In this document: piece by piece, positions 17,654 to 26,996 of the stretch
Numbering within the stretch: position 1 is the first letter of the stretch
How the letters are laid out: every line of letters begins with the position of its first letter
From: Sulfolobus acidocaldarius DSM 639
GTDB taxonomy: Archaea; Thermoproteota; Thermoprotei_A; Sulfolobales; Sulfolobaceae
Direction: 5' to 3'
Assembly: GCF_000012285.1 (NCBI RefSeq)
Contig: NC_007181.1
Location: forward strand, 810,001-842,000
Length of the DNA: 32,000 nucleotides
Translations under genes and position numbers: made by a program
The notes under the pieces: model-generated
What the model saw: the letters and a program-made list of their open reading frames with translations, nothing else
Told to the model about the DNA's origin: nothing
Databases searched by the model: none

Positions 17654-18943
17654 ATGGAAAAGATTAGATGGGTAATAGAAGAAAGTGAAAAATACCTGGC
17701 TAATACAACAAGAGATCCTGAATCACAACCTTTAGTAATTGATAGGGGAGAAGGCGTTTGGGTCTATGATATTGAAGGAAACAAATATCTAGATTTCACA
17801 TCGGGTATAGGGGTAAACAATTTAGGTTGGCCTTCTCATCCAGATGTTATAAAGGTTGCCCAGATTCAAATGACAAGATTAGCCCATGCGGCTGCTAATG
17901 ATTTCTACAATATACCACAGATGGAATTAGCTAAGAGACTAGTTCAACTATCTCCAGGTAATTTCTCTAAAAAGGTATTCTTTTCTAATAGTGGGACAGA
18001 GTCCGTTGAAGCCTCAATAAAATTAGTCAAGGGCACGGGCAGGAAATATCTTATAGCTTTCTTAGGTTCATTTCATGGTAGGACTTTAGGTTCCTTAGCT
18101 CTCACTGCTAGCAAGCCCGTGCAAAGGTATTCCGCAGGTCCTTTTTCAATAGGAGTTTTTCATGTTCCCTATCCTAATCCATTCAGGAACCCTTGGAAAA
18201 TTAATGGATACGAGAAGCCTGATGAACTAATCAATGCAGTAATAGAATACATTGATTTTTGGCTATTTCAGCACGTTGTAGACCCTGAGGAAGTTGCAGG
18301 AATTATATTCGAACCAATACAGGGAGAGGGAGGATATGTTGTTCCTCCCCATAACTTTTTCGCAGAGCTGAGGAAATTAGCCCAGAAGTATAATATTCCC
18401 TTGATAGATGATGAGGTGCAGATGGGACTAGGTAGAACAGGTAAAATGTTCGCCATAGAACACTTTAACATAGAGCCTGATATTATAACCCTGGCAAAGG
18501 CATTAGGTGGGGGGTTAGTTCCTGTAGGTGCAACAATATTCCGTTCCGATTTAGATTTTAAGAAAAAAGGCATACATAGTAATACTTTCGGAGGTAATGC
18601 TCTTTCCATGTCTATTGGTCTCAAGGTCGTTGAGCTGATTAAGGAGTTAATGCCACACGTAAATGAAATAGGCAAAATTTTCGGAGAGGAGTTATGCCAA
18701 ATGAAGGTTGATGACTGTAGAGGTCTAGGGTTAGCGTGGGGAATTGAGTTTGTAAAAAGCGATAAGACACCAGATCCTAAAGTTAGGGATAGAGTGGTGA
18801 CAGAGGCATTCAAAGAAGGTTTAATAGTGATATCAGCAGGGAAAAGTTCAATTAGAATAATTCCTCCTTTAGTTATTAGTGAAGAGGAGGCAAAAATCGG
18901 ATTATCAAAGTTAAAAACGGCAATAAACAGGGTGAGAGGTTGA
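17654..18943 (+). CDS. Class-III PLP aminotransferase (GabT/ArgD/omega-aminotransferase family)
   Basis: Motifs are [25 protein letters not shown] and TLAKALGGG (PLP lysine). Length is 429 aa. Confidence 0.9.
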   Translation: MEKIRWVIEESEKYLANTTRDPESQPLVIDRGEGVWVYDIEGNKYLDFTSGIGVNNLGWPSHPDVIKVAQIQMTRLAHAAANDFYNIPQMELAKRLVQLSPGNFSKKVFFSNSGTESVEASIKLVKGTGRKYLIAFLGSFHGRTLGSLALTASKPVQRYSAGPFSIGVFHVPYPNPFRNPWKINGYEKPDELINAVIEYIDFWLFQHVVDPEEVAGIIFEPIQGEGGYVVPPHNFFAELRKLAQKYNIPLIDDEVQMGLGRTGKMFAIEHFNIEPDIITLAKALGGGLVPVGATIFRSDLDFKKKGIHSNTFGGNALSMSIGLKVVELIKELMPHVNEIGKIFGEELCQMKVDDCRGLGLAWGIEFVKSDKTPDPKVRDRVVTEAFKEGLIVISAGKSSIRIIPPLVISEEEAKIGLSKLKTAINRVRG

Positions 18944-19371
18944 TAAGATGGAGTGGGTTTGGTAATGGCTGGGATAAATGCAGAGAGTGTTGGTTGGCTT
19001 ATCAGAATAATGTTCAGCATAGAAACTCCTTAAATTGCTTTAAACTAGGAATTCCGATAAAGTCACTCAAGGTAGATTTGAAGCAGTTTCTTCAAATTTT
19101 AGATGAGAAGAACTACGTGGGTAAATACTCTTTGTTCTCTTTTCCCATTAGCCTCTTATCGAAGGGGGTAATAATATTATATTTCTCTACTGAAGAGGAG
19201 ATGAGAGAAGCCATATCACAGCTGAGGCAATACGTCAGAGGAGAACCTGAGGAAAAATGGTTCTTTGAGAAATTTGTTAATGTAGACTGGATTGACGGTT
19301 TTAATTACAGAAGGGGATGCCCTGAATACGACTCTAAGTTTGGCGATTGGAGGAATTGGAAAAAAGATTAA
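18940..19371 (+). CDS. Hypothetical protein (start uncertain)
   Basis: The ORF is open from a TTG that overlaps the upstream TGA (TTGA). There is no in-frame ATG until codon 87. An alternative TTG lies at 19078. No family was recognised. The N-terminal 46 codons are W/C-rich (WDKCRECW...H...C). Confidence 0.45.
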   Translation: MIRWSGFGNGWDKCRECWLAYQNNVQHRNSLNCFKLGIPIKSLKVDLKQFLQILDEKNYVGKYSLFSFPISLLSKGVIILYFSTEEEMREAISQLRQYVRGEPEEKWFFEKFVNVDWIDGFNYRRGCPEYDSKFGDWRNWKKD

Positions 19372-19491
19372 GCGTGTTTGAATTCGACAATTAGATAAGC
19401 CTTTAGGTGTGATAATATTTTTGTTGGTGTTTTCTAATCTAAAAAGAGATTTTATACCTATACAACGTAAAATATATCATGTGTAATAGAT

Positions 19492-19992
19492 ATGAGGCAT
19501 ACTTATCATCCTCCTGACGAAGAGGACTTTCTACCTAAGTATATTAGTCAAAACGATATAGTAGCTGAATTAGGTTGCGGAAGCGGGTTCTACTGTAAAA
19601 AACTAGTTAAACTAGCTAAGAAAGTCTATTGCGTCGATATAGACTGTGAAGCGCTTGAAGACGCAAAGTTATCACTTAACACTAAGGCAGTATTTTTGTG
19701 TGAATCAGCTGATAAAACCTCAATACCTGATGCAGAGATAGACGTCGTGTTACTCGCTAATTCATTTCATGACATGGATAATAAGGAAGAAGTGGTGAGG
19801 GAGATTTGGAGGATACTTAAAGACGACGGGAGAGTCTTAGTAGTGGACTGGAAAAAGGAGAAAACAGAAATAGGACCTCCTGTTAACATTAGATTTTCAG
19901 AGGAAGATTATGTCAGGTATTTTAAAACATTTAAATTAACTGATAAGTTCTTTCCTTCAAGGTATCATTATGGGTTGGTGTTTGTCAAATGA
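19492..19992 (+). CDS. Class I SAM-dependent methyltransferase (small, 166 aa)
   Basis: Motif I is VAELGCGSGFY, with acidic post-I residue VYCVDID and motif IV-like VLLANSFHDM. Confidence 0.8.
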   Translation: MRHTYHPPDEEDFLPKYISQNDIVAELGCGSGFYCKKLVKLAKKVYCVDIDCEALEDAKLSLNTKAVFLCESADKTSIPDAEIDVVLLANSFHDMDNKEEVVREIWRILKDDGRVLVVDWKKEKTEIGPPVNIRFSEEDYVRYFKTFKLTDKFFPSRYHYGLVFVK

Positions 19993-20393
19993 TCAGATTT
20001 ACGGTATGTAAAGATTTTCCATCACATATCAAAAACCAGGTGTGGCAGATTGCAAGTGATGTTAAAAGAATGACAGAGTTTTGGAGAGGAATTAAGGAAC
20101 TTAATGTGGTGAAAAATGGAGATTTCTATGAGGGGTCTGTGCATTTTGCATTTCCTGCATCAGGGAAAATTAGGATAGAAATCGAGAACTCACTAGTTAG
20201 ATTAGTTTACCTTTCTGGACCTATGAAGGGTACGCAGGAAATTTCGATTAATGAAACAAAATTATGTTCTAACTGGAATGTGAAACTCAACTTTCCGTAT
20301 TTATTGTTTGAGCGATGGATAAGAGATCATTTTGAACAGGGAGCTAGGAATGCTCTCAAAAGAATAGTGGATTCAGTGCAGGACTCAAGTTAA
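19989..20393 (+). CDS. Hypothetical protein, SRPBCC (Bet v1/START/CoxG-like) fold suspected
   Basis: 134 aa with an ATGA overlap with the methyltransferase. The N-terminus (F.V....P..I...VW....DV..M.EFW) and the long C-terminal helix resemble polyketide-cyclase/SRPBCC proteins. This is pattern-level only. Confidence 0.45.
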   Translation: MIRFTVCKDFPSHIKNQVWQIASDVKRMTEFWRGIKELNVVKNGDFYEGSVHFAFPASGKIRIEIENSLVRLVYLSGPMKGTQEISINETKLCSNWNVKLNFPYLLFERWIRDHFEQGARNALKRIVDSVQDSS

Positions 20394-20467
20394 ACTCATC
20401 TATCGTTTATCCAGGCGTCTCATCATATCTGCTTTTTTATAATAAAGCTAGGACAAAAAGTATCGTG

Positions 20468-20914
20468 TCACTCGATTAGATAACTATTGTGGTTGCTCCT
20501 ATTTACCTCATTATATATTAATGTTCGTGCCTTTTCATAATATTCTCTCGGAAGTAATGTTCTAGGTTTAAAGTCAGCAAAGTCCTCTGGATATCCGTTT
20601 TCCCATGTGGGAATTATGTGTACATGAAAGTGGAAGACTATTTGCATTGCGCTCCTTCCTGCATTACTTACTACTCTGATTCCATCTGCTTTTACAGCTC
20701 TCTTTATCGAGTTTGCTAACATCTTTATTGTTTTTCCTAAGTCATTAAGGTGAGTCTCGCTAGTGTCTAATATATTTTCGAAGTGGGCATTTGTCACTAG
20801 TAGCGTATGACCAGGTGCAATGGGATACTTATCTAAAAATGCTGTATAGTAATTATCTCTATAAACTATATAACCTTCTTCTTCCCCATTCACGATTTTA
20901 CAAAAAACACACAT
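20468..20914 (-). CDS. HIT-family nucleotide hydrolase/transferase
   Basis: It has an N-terminal CVFCKI and the histidine triad HFHVHIIP. Confidence 0.9.
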   Translation of the reverse strand: MCVFCKIVNGEEEGYIVYRDNYYTAFLDKYPIAPGHTLLVTNAHFENILDTSETHLNDLGKTIKMLANSIKRAVKADGIRVVSNAGRSAMQIVFHFHVHIIPTWENGYPEDFADFKPRTLLPREYYEKARTLIYNEVNRSNHNSYLIE

Positions 20915-21052
20915 TTACGAGATAAATCGAGAGCTAGCTTAAAAATTTAAATATTGTGTTTTGTTAAACTTTGTTACGGAAAAAATTTTAGACGATAAGG
21001 GCTAAAAAACTAGATTTGAAAACCAAAGTTTATTACTCTTCTCTCTGCTCAG

Positions 21053-22252
21053 CTAAATTTTAATTCCCATAAACCTGTAGAAGAATTGCCTTGCCGCAGA
21101 TACTCTTTGAATGTCATTAGTTCCCTCATACGTTTTCAGAATCTGTAAATCTCTCAACATTCTTTCTAGTCCTATTGAATTTGATACACCGTATCCACCA
21201 TGAGCAGTCATTGCTCTCATCACTATTTTCTCTGCAGCTTCTGTGGCATAGAATTTTGCTAATGATGCTGCTACAATATATTCATCAGTCTTACCTTTAT
21301 TATACAATGATCCTGCCCAATAGGTTAGGAACCTGGATGTTAGTAGATCTGCAAATGATTCGCTTACTTTTTGTTGAACTATCTGAAACTCAGCTATAGG
21401 TTTATCGAATGCCTTCCTCTGAAGGGAGTAATTAACAAGTTTCTCAAAGGCACTTTGTCCAATTCCAACAGCCTGGGCTGACACTATTGTCCTAGCATAA
21501 TCAAAGGACTCCACTGCATATTTGAAACCCATCCCTTCTTCTCCTATAACGTTTTCAGCAGGCACTTTTACGTCCTCAAGTATTATTTCAGTAGTGTGGG
21601 AAGCCTTTAGCCCTGTTGTCTCTATTCTGCTCACTGTCTTAACTCCCCATTCCTTCTCCACAAGGAACATAGTTATCCCCTTCCACCTTGCATTATTAGA
21701 AGGGGGAGACGTCCTAGCAGTTAAGACGAAATAGTCCGCTATATCTCCATTTGTTATGAAGATTTTCCTCGCATTGATTATGTAGTGATCATTTACTTTT
21801 TTTGCTGTAGATCTTATACCTGCTACATCTGTCCCAGCCTCTGGTTCAGTGTTTGCGAATGCACCTATTTTCTCTCCTGAAGCTGTAAGAGGTAAATATT
21901 TTTTCTTCACCTCTTCCTTACCGTACTTATATATTGCTCTATTTAACATCCAATGAACAAGGAGTAAGGTGGAGAAAGATGTCCAAACTCTTGATAATTC
22001 TTCGGAAATAACAAGTAAGGATAAGTAATCACTTCCTTGACCTCCTAGTTCAGTGGGAACGTCAGGTCCATAAAGCCCTAATTCTTTAGCTCTCTCTTTT
22101 AACACTTTAGGTACATCTCTTTCACTTTCACCTTTATCTACATAGCCTGAAACCTCTTTTTCAGCGAATTCCCTTATGGTCTGTCTTAAGATTTCATGAT
22201 CCTGAGATATTTCTAACTTTAGATCCTCAAGAGACTTTAAAGGAAACACCAT
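21053..22252 (-). CDS. Acyl-CoA dehydrogenase (FAD-dependent)
   Basis: ANTEPEAGTDVAG, the C-terminal YEGTNDIQR block and a catalytic Glu region are present. Length is 399 aa. Confidence 0.9.
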   Translation of the reverse strand: MVFPLKSLEDLKLEISQDHEILRQTIREFAEKEVSGYVDKGESERDVPKVLKERAKELGLYGPDVPTELGGQGSDYLSLLVISEELSRVWTSFSTLLLVHWMLNRAIYKYGKEEVKKKYLPLTASGEKIGAFANTEPEAGTDVAGIRSTAKKVNDHYIINARKIFITNGDIADYFVLTARTSPPSNNARWKGITMFLVEKEWGVKTVSRIETTGLKASHTTEIILEDVKVPAENVIGEEGMGFKYAVESFDYARTIVSAQAVGIGQSAFEKLVNYSLQRKAFDKPIAEFQIVQQKVSESFADLLTSRFLTYWAGSLYNKGKTDEYIVAASLAKFYATEAAEKIVMRAMTAHGGYGVSNSIGLERMLRDLQILKTYEGTNDIQRVSAARQFFYRFMGIKI

Positions 22253-22373
22253 AATTTATGAATCCAGTCATAACTTTTAAATGTTTAGAAGTAAAAATTA
22301 TGATATTTTAAAGCCAAAGCAAAATCAAGATGTAAAAAATTACTTAAAAACTTCTCTCTCTTTATTAATCCTT

Positions 22374-23633
22374 TCAATTCTTACCTTTAAATAGGAGACA
22401 CTTCACAAGTCTTCCATCACTCATATTATACAGTTTAGGTTCCTCATAGTCTCTCAATACCACATGAACATCTCCTGAACCGTCAGCACTTATACTTTTG
22501 ATGGAGCTAAAGCTCTTAATTTCATTTTCTTTTGAAGTTATCATCTTCAACTTCTCGTCACTTATTCCTCTTACTTTCATTTCCTTATCACTTAACACAT
22601 CGATTACAATTTCACCTTCTGTTAGATCGTAGTATTTACTTTCTATAAGATACTTTAGGTCTATCGCCACCTCCTCAGCAGTCCATCCACAGTCGCCGAA
22701 AGCATAAGGACACCTTGGGTGGAAGTTACACCCCTTAGGTAGGTCAACTAGATTTGGTGGCTCCCCTCTAAGTACAATCCTATTCATCTTACTACCAACC
22801 TTAGGAACAGCAGATAGCAGGGAAACTGTGTAAGGATGCTTAGGTGTTTTCATTATCTGTTCCTTTGTACCTGTTTCGACAATATGTCCCGCATACATCA
22901 CATATATTCTGTCGCTAAGATATGAGGCAACTGCAATATTGTGAGTGATCAGTAACATGGATATTTTTAGCTCTCTTTTCAATTTTCGCAGGAGATTAAG
23001 TATCTGAGCTTGAGTAGATACATCTAAGGCACTGGTGGGCTCATCTAAAACCACAAACTTTGGATCAGTGGATATTGCTCTGGCAACTGCTACTCTCTGC
23101 CTTTGTCCACCTGACAGTTCATGGGGATATCTGTCGGCAAAACTCTTAGGTAAACCTACAGCCTCTAATAACTCCCGGACCCTCTTATTAGCTTCCTCTC
23201 CCCTCAAATATCCTGTGGAAATCATAGGTTCCTTTATAATATCAATAACCTTCATCCTAGGGTCAAGGGAGGCGTAAGGGTCTTGGAAAACCATATTTAC
23301 ATGTCTTCTAAATTCCTTGGCTATTTTGCCTTTAAATATGTCATGAATACTCTCTATCTCTGCTTTTCTCGACTGGTTATCAGTTGTCTCATATTCTTCT
23401 AACACCTTATCTTCAACGTTAAAGAGAATTTTACCGCCCGTAGGGCTCTCCAGACCTACTAACATTCTACCTAATGTGGTCTTACCGGATCCGCTCTCCC
23501 CCACTAATGCTATGACTTCCTCTTCTTTGATTTTTATGTAAACATCCTGAACTGCTTTAACTACGGCCTTATTCCTTTCAAACATTCCTCCCGAGACGAA
23601 ATGTTTTGTAATATCATAACCAGCTATGATCAC
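22374..23633 (-). CDS. dppF: Dpp/Opp-type ABC importer ATP-binding protein (DppF/OppF position), with insertions
   Basis: Motifs are GESGSGKTT, LSGGQRQR and VLDEPTSALD. The C-terminal oligopeptide-ATPase Cys motif is CNFHPRCPYAFGDC ... KC. Length is 419 aa. An ATGA overlap links it to the upstream ATPase gene. Confidence 0.9.
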   Translation of the reverse strand: MIIAGYDITKHFVSGGMFERNKAVVKAVQDVYIKIKEEEVIALVGESGSGKTTLGRMLVGLESPTGGKILFNVEDKVLEEYETTDNQSRKAEIESIHDIFKGKIAKEFRRHVNMVFQDPYASLDPRMKVIDIIKEPMISTGYLRGEEANKRVRELLEAVGLPKSFADRYPHELSGGQRQRVAVARAISTDPKFVVLDEPTSALDVSTQAQILNLLRKLKRELKISMLLITHNIAVASYLSDRIYVMYAGHIVETGTKEQIMKTPKHPYTVSLLSAVPKVGSKMNRIVLRGEPPNLVDLPKGCNFHPRCPYAFGDCGWTAEEVAIDLKYLIESKYYDLTEGEIVIDVLSDKEMKVRGISDEKLKMITSKENEIKSFSSIKSISADGSGDVHVVLRDYEEPKLYNMSDGRLVKCLLFKGKN

Positions 23634-24988
23634 TTATTATCACCACCATAAAGGAAACATGCTACCTTATGGCCATTCCTAACTTGATACATTAGGGGAA
23701 CAGAGTTCTTACATTTATCCATTACAAATGGACATCTTGGGTGGAACATGCATCCAGATGGAGGAGTTCTCATATCTGGTACTTCTCCAGGTATAGGAGA
23801 TACCTCTTGCGAATCAATAGTTGGGACAGCCCTAAGTAGGGACTGCGTATAAGGATGTAGAGGATTGGTTACCACATCTTCCACATTCCCTACTTCAACT
23901 ACCCTACCAGCGTACATCACAGCTATCCTATCTGAAATTTCATACAGTACTGATAAGTCGTGTGATATAAATATAAAGGTTGAGTTATATTTCTTCTTGA
24001 GAGACCTAACAAGCTCTAAAACCTGGGCTTGTACTGTTACGTCTAATGCGCTTGTCGGCTCGTCCATTATAATCAATTCAGGGTTGTTGACTATTGCAAT
24101 TGCAATTGCTACCCTTTGTCTCATTCCTCCAGATAGTTCGTGTGGATACATATATACTACCTTTTCAGGATTAGGCACATTCAACATTGTGAGTATCTCT
24201 ACAGCCTTTCTATATCCCTCCTTGATTAGAGTGGATTTAAGTCTCCTGGATATTATAGGAATTCTACTTATATTCCTTACCCTATTTGTCTCCGCTACGT
24301 TCTCAAGGAAATTACGTACAAAACCTGAGAGTTTTTCACCTTCTAAGGATAAGATCAGTTTTTGTTTCTTAGCCTTATGAATGTCATTTCTCTCCCATAT
24401 GAACAGGATCTGATCCTCTAGTCCCTCTAGTCCTTTAGATTTAACAAATTCATTTAGCTTTTCTACGTAAGTTTCCTTGTTTTGTTCAAGTAATCTTATT
24501 ATCTCTCTTAGCTCATCCTTTGTAACTTTGCTTCTAGCTAATATTCTCTTGGCTAGTAGGGCTGGGTTGTGATAGTATATCGTTTCTCCAATTTGGTAAC
24601 CAATTTGCAAAACAGGATTAAGAGAGGTCATAGGGTCTTGGAACACTATTGCTATCTTAGACCCCCTAAAGGCCTGAAGTCTGTTATTTAGCTCTTTAAA
24701 AGCCCTCTGGTTCTTCTTCTTATTAAAACCTTTGTCACCTACCTCCCTTAGCTCTCTGACAAGGTCTATATCCTTAAACCTTACTTCCCCTTTCTTTATC
24801 CACGCATTTGGTGGTAATACGCCGGCAATTGTTAGGGCTAATGTTGATTTTCCTGAACCGCTTTCACCAGCTACACCAAGAACTTCCCCTTCCTTAACGT
24901 CTAAGTCGACCCCATTTAATGCGTTGTATACCCCTATTCTCGTCACGAAACTTAAATACAATTCCCTTATAGTTAACACGTTTGTCAT
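23630..24988 (-). CDS. dppD: Dpp/Opp-type ABC importer ATP-binding protein (DppD/OppD position), with large internal insertion
   Basis: GESGSGKST (residues 41-49), FQDPMTSLNP (116-125), LSGGMRQR (285-292) and IMDEPTSALD are present. The C-terminal motif is CMFHPRCPFVMDKC...HKVAC. Length is 452 aa. Confidence 0.9.
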   Translation of the reverse strand: MTNVLTIRELYLSFVTRIGVYNALNGVDLDVKEGEVLGVAGESGSGKSTLALTIAGVLPPNAWIKKGEVRFKDIDLVRELREVGDKGFNKKKNQRAFKELNNRLQAFRGSKIAIVFQDPMTSLNPVLQIGYQIGETIYYHNPALLAKRILARSKVTKDELREIIRLLEQNKETYVEKLNEFVKSKGLEGLEDQILFIWERNDIHKAKKQKLILSLEGEKLSGFVRNFLENVAETNRVRNISRIPIISRRLKSTLIKEGYRKAVEILTMLNVPNPEKVVYMYPHELSGGMRQRVAIAIAIVNNPELIIMDEPTSALDVTVQAQVLELVRSLKKKYNSTFIFISHDLSVLYEISDRIAVMYAGRVVEVGNVEDVVTNPLHPYTQSLLRAVPTIDSQEVSPIPGEVPDMRTPPSGCMFHPRCPFVMDKCKNSVPLMYQVRNGHKVACFLYGGDNK

Positions 24989-25863
24989 ATGCTACTCCTC
25001 CTTCTCGGGTCTAACAGGTCTCTTAACCCGTCTCCCATTAAGTTAACAGCTAATGCAAATATAGTTATGGCTAATCCTGGAAATATTACAGTCCAAGGAG
25101 CGGTCTGAATGTATTGCAATCCTAGACTTGTAAGATAACCTAACTCTGGTAAGTTGGGGTTAGTAATTAAACCTATGAAAGATAACACGGAGAATATCAC
25201 CATTATTGAGCCTAAATCTAATGATATCTGAACAAATATGGGTGGAAGCACATTGGGGAGGACATGTTTAAACATAATCTTTAGTGAACCTACGTTAGAG
25301 ACTTTCGCAGCGTCTATAAATGGCATCCTTTTAATTGAAAGTGTCTGTGCTCTTGCGTATCTAGCATATAGGGGCCACCAAACAATAATTAAGGCAATCG
25401 ACATACTTTCAGTAGTTCTGCCTAAGACAAAGCCAATAGCTAATGCAAGAACTAAGTAAGGAATTGCAAAGAATATATCAGTTATTCTCATTAATATGTC
25501 ATCTATGATTCCACCTCTGTATCCGGCGATAATTCCTATGACGGAACCTATTATCGCACCTCCAATGACGATAACTACGGAATAGTATAAGTCGATTCTT
25601 ATGGCAGCTAAGATTCCCTTTAGCAGATCAATTCCTGGATACGTTGTACCTAGAGGGTGATGAGGAGATGGAGGCTGAGGGACTGGATTAATGAAATTCA
25701 TTTGTAATTGATTAGGATTCTGTATACCTAATAATCCAGGGCTGACTTCAACGATAATAGCGTCAATAACATATGCTAAGAAAATTATAAGCCCAATAAC
25801 TGCAGTAGGATTTGAAAAGAATATTTTCAGGCTGAGTTTAAGTTGACTACTTCTCTTTTCCAT
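24985..25863 (-). CDS. dppC: Dpp/Opp-type ABC importer permease (DppC/OppC position)
   Basis: 292 aa and polytopic. It has a BPD-transporter-like core with an EAA-type loop region (ARAQTLSIKRMPFIDAAKVSN). A 4-nt overlap links it to dppD. Confidence 0.85.
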   Translation of the reverse strand: MEKRSSQLKLSLKIFFSNPTAVIGLIIFLAYVIDAIIVEVSPGLLGIQNPNQLQMNFINPVPQPPSPHHPLGTTYPGIDLLKGILAAIRIDLYYSVVIVIGGAIIGSVIGIIAGYRGGIIDDILMRITDIFFAIPYLVLALAIGFVLGRTTESMSIALIIVWWPLYARYARAQTLSIKRMPFIDAAKVSNVGSLKIMFKHVLPNVLPPIFVQISLDLGSIMVIFSVLSFIGLITNPNLPELGYLTSLGLQYIQTAPWTVIFPGLAITIFALAVNLMGDGLRDLLDPRRRSSI

Positions 25864-25873
25864 TTACTTCACC

Positions 25874-26929
25874 CTAATATCTTATTCTAGGATCAATTAG
25901 TGCGTAGATTATATCTAGCAGTAGCGAGGCGATCACGAATACTATTCCAAATATAAGGGTCGAAGCCATAATTCCTCCCACGTCATTATTTAGAAGAGCC
26001 TGGGTAGTCCAATATCCCATGCCTGGATAGCTAAATATATCCTCAATTACAACTGCTCCACCTAATAGCGATGCTACAGTGTATCCGTAAAGAGTCAAAA
26101 CTGGTATTAATGCATTTCTTCTAGCATGTAAGTTAATCACCACTTTTTCAGGAACTCCCTTAGCTCTAGCGAGCCTTACGTAATCTTGATCTAACACCTC
26201 TAACATAGAGGCTCTGAGTATTCTCATTATACCTGCTATAGTTGATAGTGCTAACGTTAATGCCGGTAAAATTGCGTGTAGAATTGCGTTTGCAAAAGCA
26301 GTTAGATTTCCGTGTATTAGAGCATCGATAATTACAATATGTGTAGGATATGATACACCGTTAACATACCAGCTGAGATTCGAGGCTAATGTAGGACTTA
26401 GAGAGAATGCAAAAGGCAGTATTTTTAGATAAACGCCAAAAACTAGAATTAATAAAAACGCAACTAGATAGATTGGCATTGAGTATAGGGCAAATGAGAC
26501 TACTCTTACGCTTTGATCAAATGCGCTATCACGTTTTACAGCAGACCTTACACCTATTGGAACTCCAATTATCCAGATTAATATGGATGCAATAATTGTA
26601 AGTAAAATGGTGTTAGGTAAAAACAATGCTATAGCACCGGATACCGGACCGCTGTAAATAGGAGTGTTCGTATACCCTAAATCACCTGAAAATATTGCTA
26701 CTAACCAATAAAAGTATTGTACATATATGGGATCGTTGAGGTGAAACTTTAGGGTAAGTTCATGAATAACTTGTTCTCTTGCCGGTCCTGTCAATCTTGG
26801 ATTAATATATTCAGAGAGTAATAAGTTATTACCTGCAGTGTGTAGCAATATGAAAACTATAAAAGTCAATCCAATTATGGCTATAAAAGCGAAAACAATT
26901 CTCTTGGCTATAAATAACCATAATTTCAT
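25874..26929 (-). CDS. dppB: Dpp/Opp-type ABC importer permease (DppB/OppB position)
   Basis: 351 aa and polytopic. The loop YVRLARAKGVPEKVVINLHARRNALIPVLT is the characteristic DppB/OppB EAA loop. Confidence 0.85.
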   Translation of the reverse strand: MKLWLFIAKRIVFAFIAIIGLTFIVFILLHTAGNNLLLSEYINPRLTGPAREQVIHELTLKFHLNDPIYVQYFYWLVAIFSGDLGYTNTPIYSGPVSGAIALFLPNTILLTIIASILIWIIGVPIGVRSAVKRDSAFDQSVRVVSFALYSMPIYLVAFLLILVFGVYLKILPFAFSLSPTLASNLSWYVNGVSYPTHIVIIDALIHGNLTAFANAILHAILPALTLALSTIAGIMRILRASMLEVLDQDYVRLARAKGVPEKVVINLHARRNALIPVLTLYGYTVASLLGGAVVIEDIFSYPGMGYWTTQALLNNDVGGIMASTLIFGIVFVIASLLLDIIYALIDPRIRY

Positions 26930-26996
26930 ATGAGATTACCTTAAGTAGAAGATTAAAAAATTAATTTATATCTTTCAATTAAATACCCTTTTTTGC

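Noticed and set aside
18268-19020. A 250-aa ORF antisense to the class-III aminotransferase.
   Set aside because: It lies entirely opposite a gene with unmistakable family motifs. Its translation is S/P/T/L/I-rich low-complexity with no motif. Long antisense frames are expected from codon bias.
20373-20426. A possible C/D-box sRNA on the minus strand. ATGATGA (20426 to 20420) and CTGA (20376 to 20373) are 54 nt apart end to end, with GAT/ATC flanks and an internal GATGA.
   Set aside because: The internal D'/C' boxes do not give the canonical guide spacing of about 12 nt (19 nt between the GATGA core and the D box). No D' CUGA is present. A T5 terminator lies between the HIT gene and the candidate, and the TATA-like element is too close. 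It is consistent with chance in AT-rich DNA. Only small-RNA sequencing could rescue it.
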